Positions 46,300 to 55,463 of a stretch of DNA of 64,000 nt are shown here, piece after piece; the stretch's first letter is position 1; every line of letters begins with the position of its first letter. Under the pieces are notes generated by a model. That model was not told where the DNA came from. It saw only the letters and a list, made by a program, of their open reading frames with translations, and made no database searches. The stretch lies in NCBI GenBank assembly GCA_033344795.1, contig JAWPMS010000001.1, positions 2,054,992-2,118,991 on the forward strand, written 5' to 3'. This DNA comes from Acidimicrobiia bacterium (GTDB taxonomy: Bacteria > Actinomycetota > Acidimicrobiia > Acidimicrobiales > SHLQ01). The position numbers and the translations under genes are program-made.

Positions 46300-47937
46300 C
46301 TACTCGGTGAGCGACTTGGCCAAGCGCAGCGAGGCCACAGCTTCGGGAGCTGCCAGGGCCTGCATTGCGACTTCGTTGTCGGGCAACGAATACACCTCGC
46401 CGTCGTCATTGATCATGATGTATCGATCGAGCCCGCGCAGGAACGTGCGGTCGTGACTGACCGCGATGACCGTGCCAACGAATCCATCGAGCGCCTTTTC
46501 CAATGCATCGGATGACTCGATGTCGAGGTTGTCTGTTGGCTCGTCGAGCAGCAGCACGTTGTGTCCCTCGAGTTCGAGGCAGAGCACCTCGAGCCGAGCC
46601 TTCTGTCCGCCGGACAGCGTCTCGAAGTCTTGTCGCGCATGTGAAGCAAGCCCGTAACGAGCGAGCGCGCGCATTGACCCCTCCTCATCATGGAGGCGTT
46701 CGCGCACGATCTGGACGGCTTCCCGGCCGATGAAGTCGGGCCGGTCATTGATCTGGGTGAACGTGCCGACCGACGTGCGTGGCCCGAGGCCGATCGTGCC
46801 TTCGTCCGGTTCGATCTCCGCAGCGAGCGCCCGGAGTAGGTGAGTCTTGCCTGTTCCGTTCGGACCGATCAGACCGACTCGTTCGCCGAAGTGGACCTCG
46901 TCAGAGAATGGATAGAAGAGATCGTCGATCGATACGTCGACGATGTTGAGGACCCGACGGGCCGAGTCGGCGCCTCGAAGTTTCACGTGAATCTGCTGGT
47001 CGGCCACAGGCGGGGGAGGGGGTCCGATCTTCACGAACTTCTCCCAGCGCGTCTCGGCTGCGTTGGCCTTCGTCGCGTTCTTGAAATTCTGGGCTGCCCG
47101 CGTCTTCATCACTTTCATGTGCGCATGGAGCCGCCGCTCTTCATCGTTCCATCGCTTCAACGCATCGCCAAGAAGCGTCTGGCGATGCTGTCGCGCCTCG
47201 GGGAATGTGGCATACGAACCGCCGTGGACCCAGCAGCCGCTGCCTTCGAGCACCACGATCTTGGTCGCCGCGCGCTCAAGGAGCGCTCGGTCATGGCTCA
47301 CCATGAGGATCGTGCTCGGGCACCGTTGGATCTGCCCCTCCAACCACTCGCGAGTCGGAATGTCGAGGTAGTTATCCGGCTCGTCGAGCAGCAAGACATC
47401 GACGCCACTGTTCAACAGCAGATCCAGCACCAACCTCTTTCGTTCACCGCCGGACAGCTCGCCGACCAGTCGCGTCGAGAAGTCGTCCACGGGCGTCTTC
47501 ACGCTTCGTTCAGCGGCGGCGCCCCACTGCGACTCGAGCTCGTATCCCCCGAGCTCGCCCCAGCGAGTGATCGCCTCGGCGTATGCCATGCCATCGTCCT
47601 CGCCGCTTGCCATCGCTCGTTCGGATTCGATGAGTGCGAGACCGGCTGCACGGAGCTCGGGAAGCGCGATGTCCAGCAACATCTCGCGCAACGTCGCGTC
47701 CGGACGGCCCATGCCCACGTCCTGGGTCATGGTCAAGACGGAGCCGCCAACGGAGAAGTCGCCGCCGTCGGGCTCGATCTCTCCGGACAGGATCCGCAGA
47801 ATCGTGCTCTTTCTGACGCCGTTCGCCCCGACGATCGCTGCGTGATCTCCGGGAGAAACCCCGAAGCTGATGTCGAAGAACAGCGAATCAGCGCCGGGCG
47901 GTGCGTAGTCGAGATCGGAGACAACGATGCTGGTCAC
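46300..47937 (-). CDS. ABC-F family ATPase (two tandem ABC domains, no TMD)
   Basis: There are two Walker A sites (GANGVRKST, GPNGTGKTH), two signature motifs (LSGGERKR, LSGGQKAR) and an inter-domain linker. The start is GTG 47937; the track TTG 47985 is also possible. Confidence 0.85.
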   Translation of the reverse strand: MTSIVVSDLDYAPPGADSLFFDISFGVSPGDHAAIVGANGVRKSTILRILSGEIEPDGGDFSVGGSVLTMTQDVGMGRPDATLREMLLDIALPELRAAGLALIESERAMASGEDDGMAYAEAITRWGELGGYELESQWGAAAERSVKTPVDDFSTRLVGELSGGERKRLVLDLLLNSGVDVLLLDEPDNYLDIPTREWLEGQIQRCPSTILMVSHDRALLERAATKIVVLEGSGCWVHGGSYATFPEARQHRQTLLGDALKRWNDEERRLHAHMKVMKTRAAQNFKNATKANAAETRWEKFVKIGPPPPPVADQQIHVKLRGADSARRVLNIVDVSIDDLFYPFSDEVHFGERVGLIGPNGTGKTHLLRALAAEIEPDEGTIGLGPRTSVGTFTQINDRPDFIGREAVQIVRERLHDEEGSMRALARYGLASHARQDFETLSGGQKARLEVLCLELEGHNVLLLDEPTDNLDIESSDALEKALDGFVGTVIAVSHDRTFLRGLDRYIMINDDGEVYSLPDNEVAMQALAAPEAVASLRLAKSLTE

Positions 47938-47960
47938 CGGTCCAGCGTAGGGTTCGAGGC

Positions 47961-48854
47961 TTGAGCCGCCGCCTCGTTCTTGCAACGGTTGTCCTTGTCG
48001 CTGCCTTAATCGGTGGCAACTTCTCCGCGCTCAAGTTCGCGCTTGACCACACCACCCCGTTTCTTCTGGCCAGCATGCGCACCGTCATAGGAGGGACCTT
48101 CCTCATCGTCATTGCTCGGATGCGGGGAGAAGAGTTCCCGAAACGAGTGGCCGATTATCGAAACATCTTCGTGGTTGGCTTCAGCATCACGACCGTTTCG
48201 AGCGCCCTGCTGGTGTTCGGCGTCAATCGTGTGCCGGCTGGACTGGCATCCTTGGCGTCGTCGACGATGCCCTTGTTCACCGCTGTCCTCAGCCTGATGC
48301 TGCTCGGGACCAAGACGAGCGCTCGCGGTCGGGTCGGGCTCCTCGTCGGATTTGTCGGGGCAGCGGTTCTGGCAAGCCCTTCGCTCGGTGGGTCGACTGC
48401 CGCTATCGGCATTCTGTCGTTGATCGGTGGCGCGGTCACGTGGGCTTTCGGCACCGTGTACATGAAGTGGAAGGACTTCAGCGCCATCTCTCCGATCATG
48501 CTCGTCGGGGTGCAGCTGCTGATGTCGGCGAGCATGCTCGTTCCGTTTGCACTGATCGTCGAAGGAACGGCTGAAACCGACTGGGGGATTGGATTGTTGC
48601 TGCCATTGCTGTTCGCTGCCATCCCGGCAAACGCGGTCACGTTCTCGCTCATGGCCACGGTTGTCAAACGTGCCACCCCAACCGTGGCGGCGAGTACGGC
48701 CTACATGATTCCCGCCTTCGGAGTCCTCTTTGGTTGGTTGCTTCGCGGCGAACGCCTTGGCGTTGTAGAGGCGTTCGGCGGCCTCCTGGTCGTCGTGGGG
48801 GTGTACATCGTGGTTGGTGTCGGTAGTCGTCCAGTCGACGTCAGGCGTGGTTGA
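47961..48854 (+). CDS. DMT superfamily (EamA-like) transporter
   Basis: Polytopic with two EamA-like halves. The start was moved to TTG 47961, because the track start lies inside the divergent ABC-F gene. Confidence 0.7.
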   Translation: MSRRLVLATVVLVAALIGGNFSALKFALDHTTPFLLASMRTVIGGTFLIVIARMRGEEFPKRVADYRNIFVVGFSITTVSSALLVFGVNRVPAGLASLASSTMPLFTAVLSLMLLGTKTSARGRVGLLVGFVGAAVLASPSLGGSTAAIGILSLIGGAVTWAFGTVYMKWKDFSAISPIMLVGVQLLMSASMLVPFALIVEGTAETDWGIGLLLPLLFAAIPANAVTFSLMATVVKRATPTVAASTAYMIPAFGVLFGWLLRGERLGVVEAFGGLLVVVGVYIVVGVGSRPVDVRRG

Positions 48855-49981
48855 TGCGCGCGTTCACGATCTACGCCACGAACTTTCTCCTCGCCTGCGC
48901 CATCGGGGTGGTCTTCGTGTTCTTCGAGGACGTCCAAACCAAATTTGGTCTGTCCGACCTCGAGGTTGGACTGATCGCTGGTGCGGGCTTCGGCGCGTCG
49001 TTCTTCGTGCAGCTGACGGTCGCTCCGTTGGCGGACCGCGGCGGAACGGGCCCTCTGGCCATCGTGGCGCTCGTCGCGGGAATCGTTGGACTGTTGGGCT
49101 TTGCGTTTGGAACCAACGTGTTGTTCCTGGCCATCGGACGCTCGTTGAGCGGCGTCGCGCTCGGGCTTTTCATGATGTTGGCGCGCAAAGCCCTCATCGG
49201 ACTCGACGCTGAAGGCGGTGGGGCCAAGCTCGGGATCCTGTTGTCAACAGTCGTCGCTGGGTTCATCACCGGGCCGTTGATTGGCGCTGCGTTCGAACCT
49301 CTAGGTTTCGAGGCGCCATTCGTGATCGTGGCGACAGCACTGGCACTCGTAGGTTTCCCGGCGACCTTGGCAATTCGTGGTTCGGAGATCGCGATTGCCG
49401 GTGTCGACTACCGCGATCTGGGAACACTCATTCGTCGTCCGAAAGTGCAGTCGGCGATGATCGTGCAGGTCATCGTCTTTGGGTACATCGGTGTGTTCAA
49501 CGCTTCGATCGATCGCTTTCTCACCGATCTCGGTGCCTCGACGCAGATGGTTGCGGTGGTCGTCATCTTCGTCGGAGCACCCTTGGTGGTGCTTCCGCGT
49601 ATCGCCGGAGCGCTTGCCGAATCACGCGGTGGATCCGCGGTCATGCTCCCCGCGTTGCTCATTTTGCTCCCGGCGATGTTTGGCTACGGACTGGTGTCGA
49701 CCGTGGGGCTCGCCATGTTCTTTGGCGTCCTCCATGGATCTGGTGAGTCCTTTGCGTCCGTGAGCGCCCAGGTTCTCGTGCTCGAAGTCACCGGCGCCGA
49801 ACGGGCAGCGGTCGGGTCGGCCCTGCTCGATGCGGCCGGGTTGTTGGGCGCCACGCTGGCGGCGTTCAGCGCACCGATTGCGTACGGTGCCGTTGGCCAA
49901 GATCTGTTCATCTACACGGGTGTCATCGGCGCCATTCTGGCCGCGGCAGCGTTGTTGCGGGTTCGCAGCGCGTGGGACTGA
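48854..49981 (+). CDS. MFS transporter
   Basis: About 375 aa and polytopic, with the motif PLADRGG after TM2. ATG 48854 overlaps the upstream TGA by 1 nt. Confidence 0.7.
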   Translation: MRAFTIYATNFLLACAIGVVFVFFEDVQTKFGLSDLEVGLIAGAGFGASFFVQLTVAPLADRGGTGPLAIVALVAGIVGLLGFAFGTNVLFLAIGRSLSGVALGLFMMLARKALIGLDAEGGGAKLGILLSTVVAGFITGPLIGAAFEPLGFEAPFVIVATALALVGFPATLAIRGSEIAIAGVDYRDLGTLIRRPKVQSAMIVQVIVFGYIGVFNASIDRFLTDLGASTQMVAVVVIFVGAPLVVLPRIAGALAESRGGSAVMLPALLILLPAMFGYGLVSTVGLAMFFGVLHGSGESFASVSAQVLVLEVTGAERAAVGSALLDAAGLLGATLAAFSAPIAYGAVGQDLFIYTGVIGAILAAAALLRVRSAWD

Positions 49982-50004
49982 ATCGATGACGTAATGTCGC
50001 CATC

Positions 50005-50970
50005 ATGACCAAGCTCGGATATCAGATTCCCAACTTTACGTACCCCGACACGGCTCCCAACGAGATCTTTGGCCGCGTCGTCGACCAAGCAAAGGCAGCC
50101 GAAGCGGCCGGGTTCGACCGCGTCTTCGTGATGGATCACTTCTACCAGCTGCCCGGAATCGGTGAGCCCGACGAGCCCATGTTCGAGTGTTACTCGTTGC
50201 TCTCTGCGATCGCTCAGCACACCTCGACGGTGCGTCTGTCGGCCCTCGTCACCGGCAACACGTACCGCCACCCGACGCTGCTCGCCAAAGCGGTCACGGC
50301 GCTCGACCACGTATCGGGCGGACGCGCGACGCTTGGGATTGGATCTGGTTGGTTCGAGCTTGAACACGACTCGCTCGGGTACGAGTTCAACACGTTCACC
50401 GAACGATTCAAGAAGCTCGAGGAGGCGCTCCAGATCATCGGTCCGATGTTGCGCGGAGAACCTGTCAGCCTCGATGGCGAGTACTACAAGGTGGTCGACG
50501 CGGTGAATTCACCAGCACCCATCAGCAAGATCCCGATCATGATCGGCGGCTCGGGCGAGAAGAAGACGCTTCGGATGGTCGCTCAATACGCCGACGAATC
50601 GAATCTCGCCACGAGCCCGGTGTCGGAGACTCCTCGCAAGCTCGAAGCGCTGGCCGAACACTGCGAACGCCTCGGCCGAGATCGCAGCGAGATCAAGGTC
50701 ACCAAGCTGACGATGTGCATCCTGGCCCCGACGATGGAGGAGGCCGAAGCCGACATGGCCGAGATGGCTGCGGTGAAGGGTTGGGACGCCGAGACGCTCG
50801 GCATGTTGAAGAGCTTCTTCATCTACGGTGACACCGATACGGTCGGCGAGGCGCTCGAAGAGTCCATGGCAACGGGGCTCGATGGCATGACAATCAACCT
50901 GCCGGTGAATGGACACAAGCTCGAACGAATTGCGGCGCTCGGCGAACTCGCCGGATCGATCGTCAACTGA
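50005..50970 (+). CDS. LLM-class (luciferase-like) F420-dependent oxidoreductase
   Basis: 321 aa. KLGYQIPNFTYP, FDRVFVMDHF, LGIGSGW.E.EH and IMIGGSGEKKTLR fit the Rv1855c-type LLM pattern. Confidence 0.85.
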   Translation: MTKLGYQIPNFTYPDTAPNEIFGRVVDQAKAAEAAGFDRVFVMDHFYQLPGIGEPDEPMFECYSLLSAIAQHTSTVRLSALVTGNTYRHPTLLAKAVTALDHVSGGRATLGIGSGWFELEHDSLGYEFNTFTERFKKLEEALQIIGPMLRGEPVSLDGEYYKVVDAVNSPAPISKIPIMIGGSGEKKTLRMVAQYADESNLATSPVSETPRKLEALAEHCERLGRDRSEIKVTKLTMCILAPTMEEAEADMAEMAAVKGWDAETLGMLKSFFIYGDTDTVGEALEESMATGLDGMTINLPVNGHKLERIAALGELAGSIVN

Positions 50971-50974
50971 CGAC

Positions 50975-51640
50975 ATGCACCTGACGTGGGATCTGCCCCT
51001 TGATCCTGACGGTGTTGCGGGCACACTCGAAGACGGAACGGCTTTCGTCATTCGCCCATTGCGGCCCACGGATGGCCCAGCGCTCGAGGCGTCGTTCGAG
51101 CATCTTTCGCCTCGATCTCGATACCTTCGATTCTTCGCCGCACGTGAACGTTTGGGTCCCGAGCTTCTCGAGTCGCTCATCAACATCGACCACGATCGTC
51201 ACCGAGCATGGGTCGTCTCCGACCCGACCGCGCCCTCGGACATCGGGAGTGACGAAGGTCGGGGAGTGGCGATCGCTCGGCTCATCGTGATCCAAGACGA
51301 GCCCCGGGTTGCCGAAGCATCGCTCTCGGTCATCGACGAGTATCAAGGGCGCGGCTTTGGTCGTTTGCTTCTCGAGCTGCTGATTGGCACGGCACGTGAC
51401 ACGGGAGTGGAGTTCATTCGATTCGAGACGTTGTTCGAGAATCGTGGGATGCGAGCGTTGTTGGCCGGGCTCGATGCGAATCGCAACCAGGAGCTGAGTG
51501 ATCGCGAGGTTCTCGTCTACGACGTGCCAGTCGATCCGGAAGAGGAGGGGCAGCCGTACGGCGCGCTCTATGAAATCCTTCGATTCATCGCTGCGAACGA
51601 CACTGAGGACCGCGGCGAGTTCGAGGAGGACCTCAGATAA
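50975..51640 (+). CDS. GNAT family N-acetyltransferase
   Basis: IRPLRPTD...RYLRFF...V.DEYQGRGFGRLLLELL is the acetyl-CoA-binding Q/RxxGxG/A motif. The start was moved to ATG 50975. Confidence 0.8.
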   Translation: MHLTWDLPLDPDGVAGTLEDGTAFVIRPLRPTDGPALEASFEHLSPRSRYLRFFAARERLGPELLESLINIDHDRHRAWVVSDPTAPSDIGSDEGRGVAIARLIVIQDEPRVAEASLSVIDEYQGRGFGRLLLELLIGTARDTGVEFIRFETLFENRGMRALLAGLDANRNQELSDREVLVYDVPVDPEEEGQPYGALYEILRFIAANDTEDRGEFEEDLR

Positions 51641-52745
51641 AGGGAAGGTCGACGATCTCCGCGCTGGTCAGGCCGTTCGGTGTCTGCACCTGGACGGTTT
51701 GGCGAGCTTCGACCACCACCCGTTTGATCTGTGCGATGCCGATCGTCCGAGCGAGACGCGGACTGTGGACGATGGCGCTCAGCGTGCCGACCGTGTCGCC
51801 GTCGAGGGTCACCGGCGTCCGTTCCGGCAGGGGCCAGGCTTCGGTGAGCTCGGTGTCGACTTCAACGCCGACCATGAGCCGTTCGGGCCCGCCAGCTTCG
51901 ACCACTGCTTGAAGAGCCGCCTTTCCGATGTAGTCCGCGTCGAGTTCCGTGTCGACGTATCGAGCCATCCCGACTTCGAATGGATTCGAGTCCGGCGTGT
52001 TGTCGCCTCCGAAGCTCAGGAGGCCGCTCTCCACCCGTTCCACGTGGTTGGGTGCGCCCGGGCCAATCCCGTATTTTTGGCCAGCGGCAGCAACGATGTT
52101 CCAGAGATCATTTCCCCGTGAGCTGTCCTGAAGGAAGAGCTCGAAGCCCCCTTGTTTGCTCCACCCGGAGCGGCTCAGGACGATCGGAATTCCGGCAACT
52201 TCGGTCTCGATGAACCAGAAGTACTTGAGGGTGCGGATGAACTCGCCAAAGAGGTCGGCGATGAGGTCGACCGCCATTGGTCCCTGGACGGCCAAAGGTG
52301 AGACGTCGGGTTCGGTCACTTCGACATCGAATCCTCGCTCGGCCGCAATGGCTTTGCACCAGAGCAACATGTCGTTGTCGGCGATCGAGAACCAATACCG
52401 GTTGTTGCTCAGCTTCATCAAGATCGGATCGTTGAGGATTCGGCCAGCGTGGTCGCACATGGCGACGTACTTTCCTTGCCCTTCGACCATCTTGGAAAGG
52501 TCTCGTGCTGTGAGGTACTGCGCGCATGCATCAGCATCTGGCCCGCTGATCTGTACCTGTCGTTCGACGGAGACGTCCCACATGGCCACGCCATTGATGA
52601 GGCGTTCGTATTCGGCCCGGAGATCTCCGTACGACGTGGGCATCACCATCTTGTTGTAGATGCTGACATCGCTCACCCCGGCACTGATCGTTGCCTCGTG
52701 AAAGGGTGTCCTGCGAATACGCGGGCTGAGGGTGATCCGATTCAT
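51633..52745 (-). CDS. aminomethyltransferase (GcvT/glycine-cleavage T) family protein
   Basis: RRTPFHE......YE..R..V...DVS....QISGPDA...L..RD and PLAVQGP motifs are present. The start was moved to ATG 52745. Substrate specificity is not deducible. Confidence 0.8.
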   Translation of the reverse strand: MNRITLSPRIRRTPFHEATISAGVSDVSIYNKMVMPTSYGDLRAEYERLINGVAMWDVSVERQVQISGPDADACAQYLTARDLSKMVEGQGKYVAMCDHAGRILNDPILMKLSNNRYWFSIADNDMLLWCKAIAAERGFDVEVTEPDVSPLAVQGPMAVDLIADLFGEFIRTLKYFWFIETEVAGIPIVLSRSGWSKQGGFELFLQDSSRGNDLWNIVAAAGQKYGIGPGAPNHVERVESGLLSFGGDNTPDSNPFEVGMARYVDTELDADYIGKAALQAVVEAGGPERLMVGVEVDTELTEAWPLPERTPVTLDGDTVGTLSAIVHSPRLARTIGIAQIKRVVVEARQTVQVQTPNGLTSAEIVDLPFI

Positions 52746-52806
52746 TCCGTCAGTATGCCACCGTTCACTGAACGATCGTCCAGTCGACTCGCAACCAATT
52801 TTGCGG

Positions 52807-54828
52807 CTATGCCCGGCCAAGCATGATTGGCTGAGCGGCGCCTTCGTCCCGATCGGGGTCGTTCAAGAAGAGCACGACCTCCTGGTCACCCACGATCACG
52901 TCGACCACTTCGACGTCGGGAACGTCGGTTGCGCCCCATCCGACGCCGTCGGGGGAGTACAGCACGATCGAGTCGTATGGCTGTCCGTTCCCGTTTGTGT
53001 CCTGCCACTTCACCGCCCAGGCGACGGCGCCATAGTCACCTGCTCGCACGTTCATGAGCTGGTATCCGGTGGTGTCGAGATCGGGAGCGAGGTCAGAGAG
53101 GGTGAGAGCGCTCGTGGTTCCGTCGGGGTTGCCGCGTAGCAACTGCGAAGACTCTTCGGCCCAATTCGGGGAGAAGGTTGTCCCGTCTGCCAGCCCGGCC
53201 GGCCGTCCGAACCTGAAGGAGTTCGTCGGTTCGGATTTCCAGTCGTCTCCGGCAGTCGACGTCCACATCGTGTACGTCGACTCGGACGGAACGTCGAGCG
53301 CGTAGTTCGTGGAATCGAAGATGGCTGACCATTGTCCGCCGGTGGAGCGAACATCGATGAGGAATCCGTTCTCCCCCTCGAAGATGCGGCCGAGGTTCGT
53401 CACCTCTTCTCCGTCGATGATGAAGCCGGCATTCACCGCGTTCCAACTCTCCGGCGTGGTGACACCAAGGCTCTCCCATGAGGCGTAGTTGGGCGGCACC
53501 GGCTCGTCTCCTTCGCCTTCAGCATCGAGGTAGGGAAGTTCTTCTCCGCAGCCGCTCGCAAGAGCCCACGCCCGCACCGCTGCGTCATGGGCTTCGTACA
53601 ACGCGTCGAGTTCGACGTTTTCTTCAGCGACGAATCGCTGGTCGATGATTCCGTTGTCGGAGTAATAACCCTGGATCTCGTCATCGAACTCGTTCGACAG
53701 CGCGTCGAGTTCGGTCGAGCACTTGACGAACCCAGCGCAGCCGGGGACCCGAGCGACCGATTGCAGTGCATCGGCGTAGATCTCTTGTCCCCGCAACTCC
53801 TGTGCAGCCCAGTACGCCTCGAGCTCGGCCTGCTCGGCATCGGTGAGCTCGCGATCGAAGTCGAACTCGGGCCCTTCGGGCTCGTCGATCCACGCGGTCT
53901 CGAGAGCATCGTTCAATGCCGCCTCGCACGGGTTCTGTTCGAAGCCTTCGATCCACGTGATGCCGGTCTGGTCGATGTTGATGACGTCGTTCGTCCGGGG
54001 ATCGATGCTCGCCCCGTTCGCAACGGCGATGTCGGTGGCCTCGTCCCAGTCGATCTGGCCGTTGGTGTGCACGAGGACGAATGTCTCGTTTCCTCGCGTC
54101 GCGAACTGCACGGCATATGGCGGCCAGGCCGAGCGGTCTTGACCGAACACGCTCGTGAGATCGAGTTCGGTCCATGTCCAGTCCTGGCCAGCGTTGGCGG
54201 AGCGGCCGAGTTCGAGCGCCTGCCCCGCTGCTGTGCCGGTGCTCACCGTGTACAGCAAGCCGGATTCGTTGGAGTCGAGTGTGCTCACGAATCGATCTCC
54301 GGCGCTGTTCTGCGACCAGTTCGAGCCATCGAATGTGTAAATCGTGTCGTTGCGGAAGAAGCCGACGCTCTCGTCGTAGTCGTCATAGGTGACCCCTGGT
54401 GCGGTCGAGAGGACGTAGTAGAGCCCATTCGTACTTCCGCTCTGAAACACGTTGTAGCCACCGGGAGCCCCATCGTCGGAGGCCGGGCTGAGGGAAAGTG
54501 CGGCGCCCGGTTCGGGAAGCGCTATGTCGATCGGCGTTTGTGTGTCGCTGGATGAGGGCGCTGAGGTGCCGCTTCCCGTTGAGCCCGCTGCATCCGATGC
54601 TTCAGCTTGTCCTTCGGTGGCGAGGTTGGCCTCTGCGTCGCTCGATCGTCCTGCGATCCAACTGCCTGCCACGAGAGCGACGAGGAGGGTGGCGACCACC
54701 GTCCCGCCGGCTCTGCGCTGCTTGCGGCGCTTCGAGCGAGATCGCACTGCGTCGCTTCCTTCGGGTGAGAGTTGGAGGTCGTTGCTCTGCGTGCGGAGCT
54801 GGTTTCGGAGTCGATCGTTGAAATCCAT
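52807..54828 (-). CDS. single-pass membrane protein with ~600-aa extracytoplasmic domain, downstream of an ECF sigma gene (candidate anti-sigma/sensor partner)
   Basis: ATG 54828 lies 2 nt after the sigma stop. A short basic cytoplasmic N-terminus (KRRKQRR) precedes the TM helix VVATLLVALVAGSWIA and a Ser/Asp/Gly/Trp-rich domain with degenerate Asp-box-like SPDGVGW / AGQDW strings. No zf-HC2 motif is visible. Confidence 0.65.
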   Translation of the reverse strand: MDFNDRLRNQLRTQSNDLQLSPEGSDAVRSRSKRRKQRRAGGTVVATLLVALVAGSWIAGRSSDAEANLATEGQAEASDAAGSTGSGTSAPSSSDTQTPIDIALPEPGAALSLSPASDDGAPGGYNVFQSGSTNGLYYVLSTAPGVTYDDYDESVGFFRNDTIYTFDGSNWSQNSAGDRFVSTLDSNESGLLYTVSTGTAAGQALELGRSANAGQDWTWTELDLTSVFGQDRSAWPPYAVQFATRGNETFVLVHTNGQIDWDEATDIAVANGASIDPRTNDVINIDQTGITWIEGFEQNPCEAALNDALETAWIDEPEGPEFDFDRELTDAEQAELEAYWAAQELRGQEIYADALQSVARVPGCAGFVKCSTELDALSNEFDDEIQGYYSDNGIIDQRFVAEENVELDALYEAHDAAVRAWALASGCGEELPYLDAEGEGDEPVPPNYASWESLGVTTPESWNAVNAGFIIDGEEVTNLGRIFEGENGFLIDVRSTGGQWSAIFDSTNYALDVPSESTYTMWTSTAGDDWKSEPTNSFRFGRPAGLADGTTFSPNWAEESSQLLRGNPDGTTSALTLSDLAPDLDTTGYQLMNVRAGDYGAVAWAVKWQDTNGNGQPYDSIVLYSPDGVGWGATDVPDVEVVDVIVGDQEVVLFLNDPDRDEGAAQPIMLGRA

Positions 54829-54830
54829 GA

Positions 54831-55463
54831 TCAGGCCTTGTTCGAATCGGAGGGAACGTCGGGGTCGGGGAAGGGGTCTGTGGGAGCTGGGGTCTCCAGC
54901 TTCGAACGCAGCTGGGTGAGGCCGGTGGAAAGCCGACTCTTCACCGTGCCGGTGGGCAGGTCTAGCGCATGAGCCGTCTCCTCGGTACTCCAATCGAGGA
55001 GGTATCGGCAGACGACGACGGCGCGGTATTTCACGTCGAGGTCGGCAAGCGCCTCGTCGAGCGAGGTGTCGTGCGTCGACGGCAGGGCGATGGTTTCGGT
55101 CGTCCACGGTAGACGCCGATTCAGCTTGCGGTGCCAGCTTCGCGCCCAGTTGAGGCCGACGCGATACACCCACCCACCAGGGTTCGAATACTGAGACACG
55201 TCACTCCAACGGTCGAATGCTCGGGTCATTGCCTCGTCTGCCGCCTCGCGTCCCCAGCCCGCATCGCCGAGGGTGATGCTGAGCGCTCTCGCGACGTCCT
55301 CGTAGGTTGCGACATAGAAGGCATCGAAGCTCCGGCTCGCCGATCGCGCTGCTCGCCGCGTCACCGTTGCGCGAGAGACCGTGGCGCGAGCTCCGGCAGG
55401 CCTGTTGAGGGTTGCTTCCATGTCCCCTAAACGTTCAGGCTCGTCCTTTGGTTCGATCCTCAC
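54831..55463 (-). CDS. ECF-type RNA polymerase sigma-70 factor
   Basis: Region 2 is FDAFY...ALSITLG....AAD..M.AF..W and region 4 is Y..VVV.RYLLDWS.EE.A..L..P.GTVKSRL. GTG 55463 overlaps the upstream stop (GTGA); an alternative start is ATG 55421. Confidence 0.85.
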   Translation of the reverse strand: MRIEPKDEPERLGDMEATLNRPAGARATVSRATVTRRAARSASRSFDAFYVATYEDVARALSITLGDAGWGREAADEAMTRAFDRWSDVSQYSNPGGWVYRVGLNWARSWHRKLNRRLPWTTETIALPSTHDTSLDEALADLDVKYRAVVVCRYLLDWSTEETAHALDLPTGTVKSRLSTGLTQLRSKLETPAPTDPFPDPDVPSDSNKA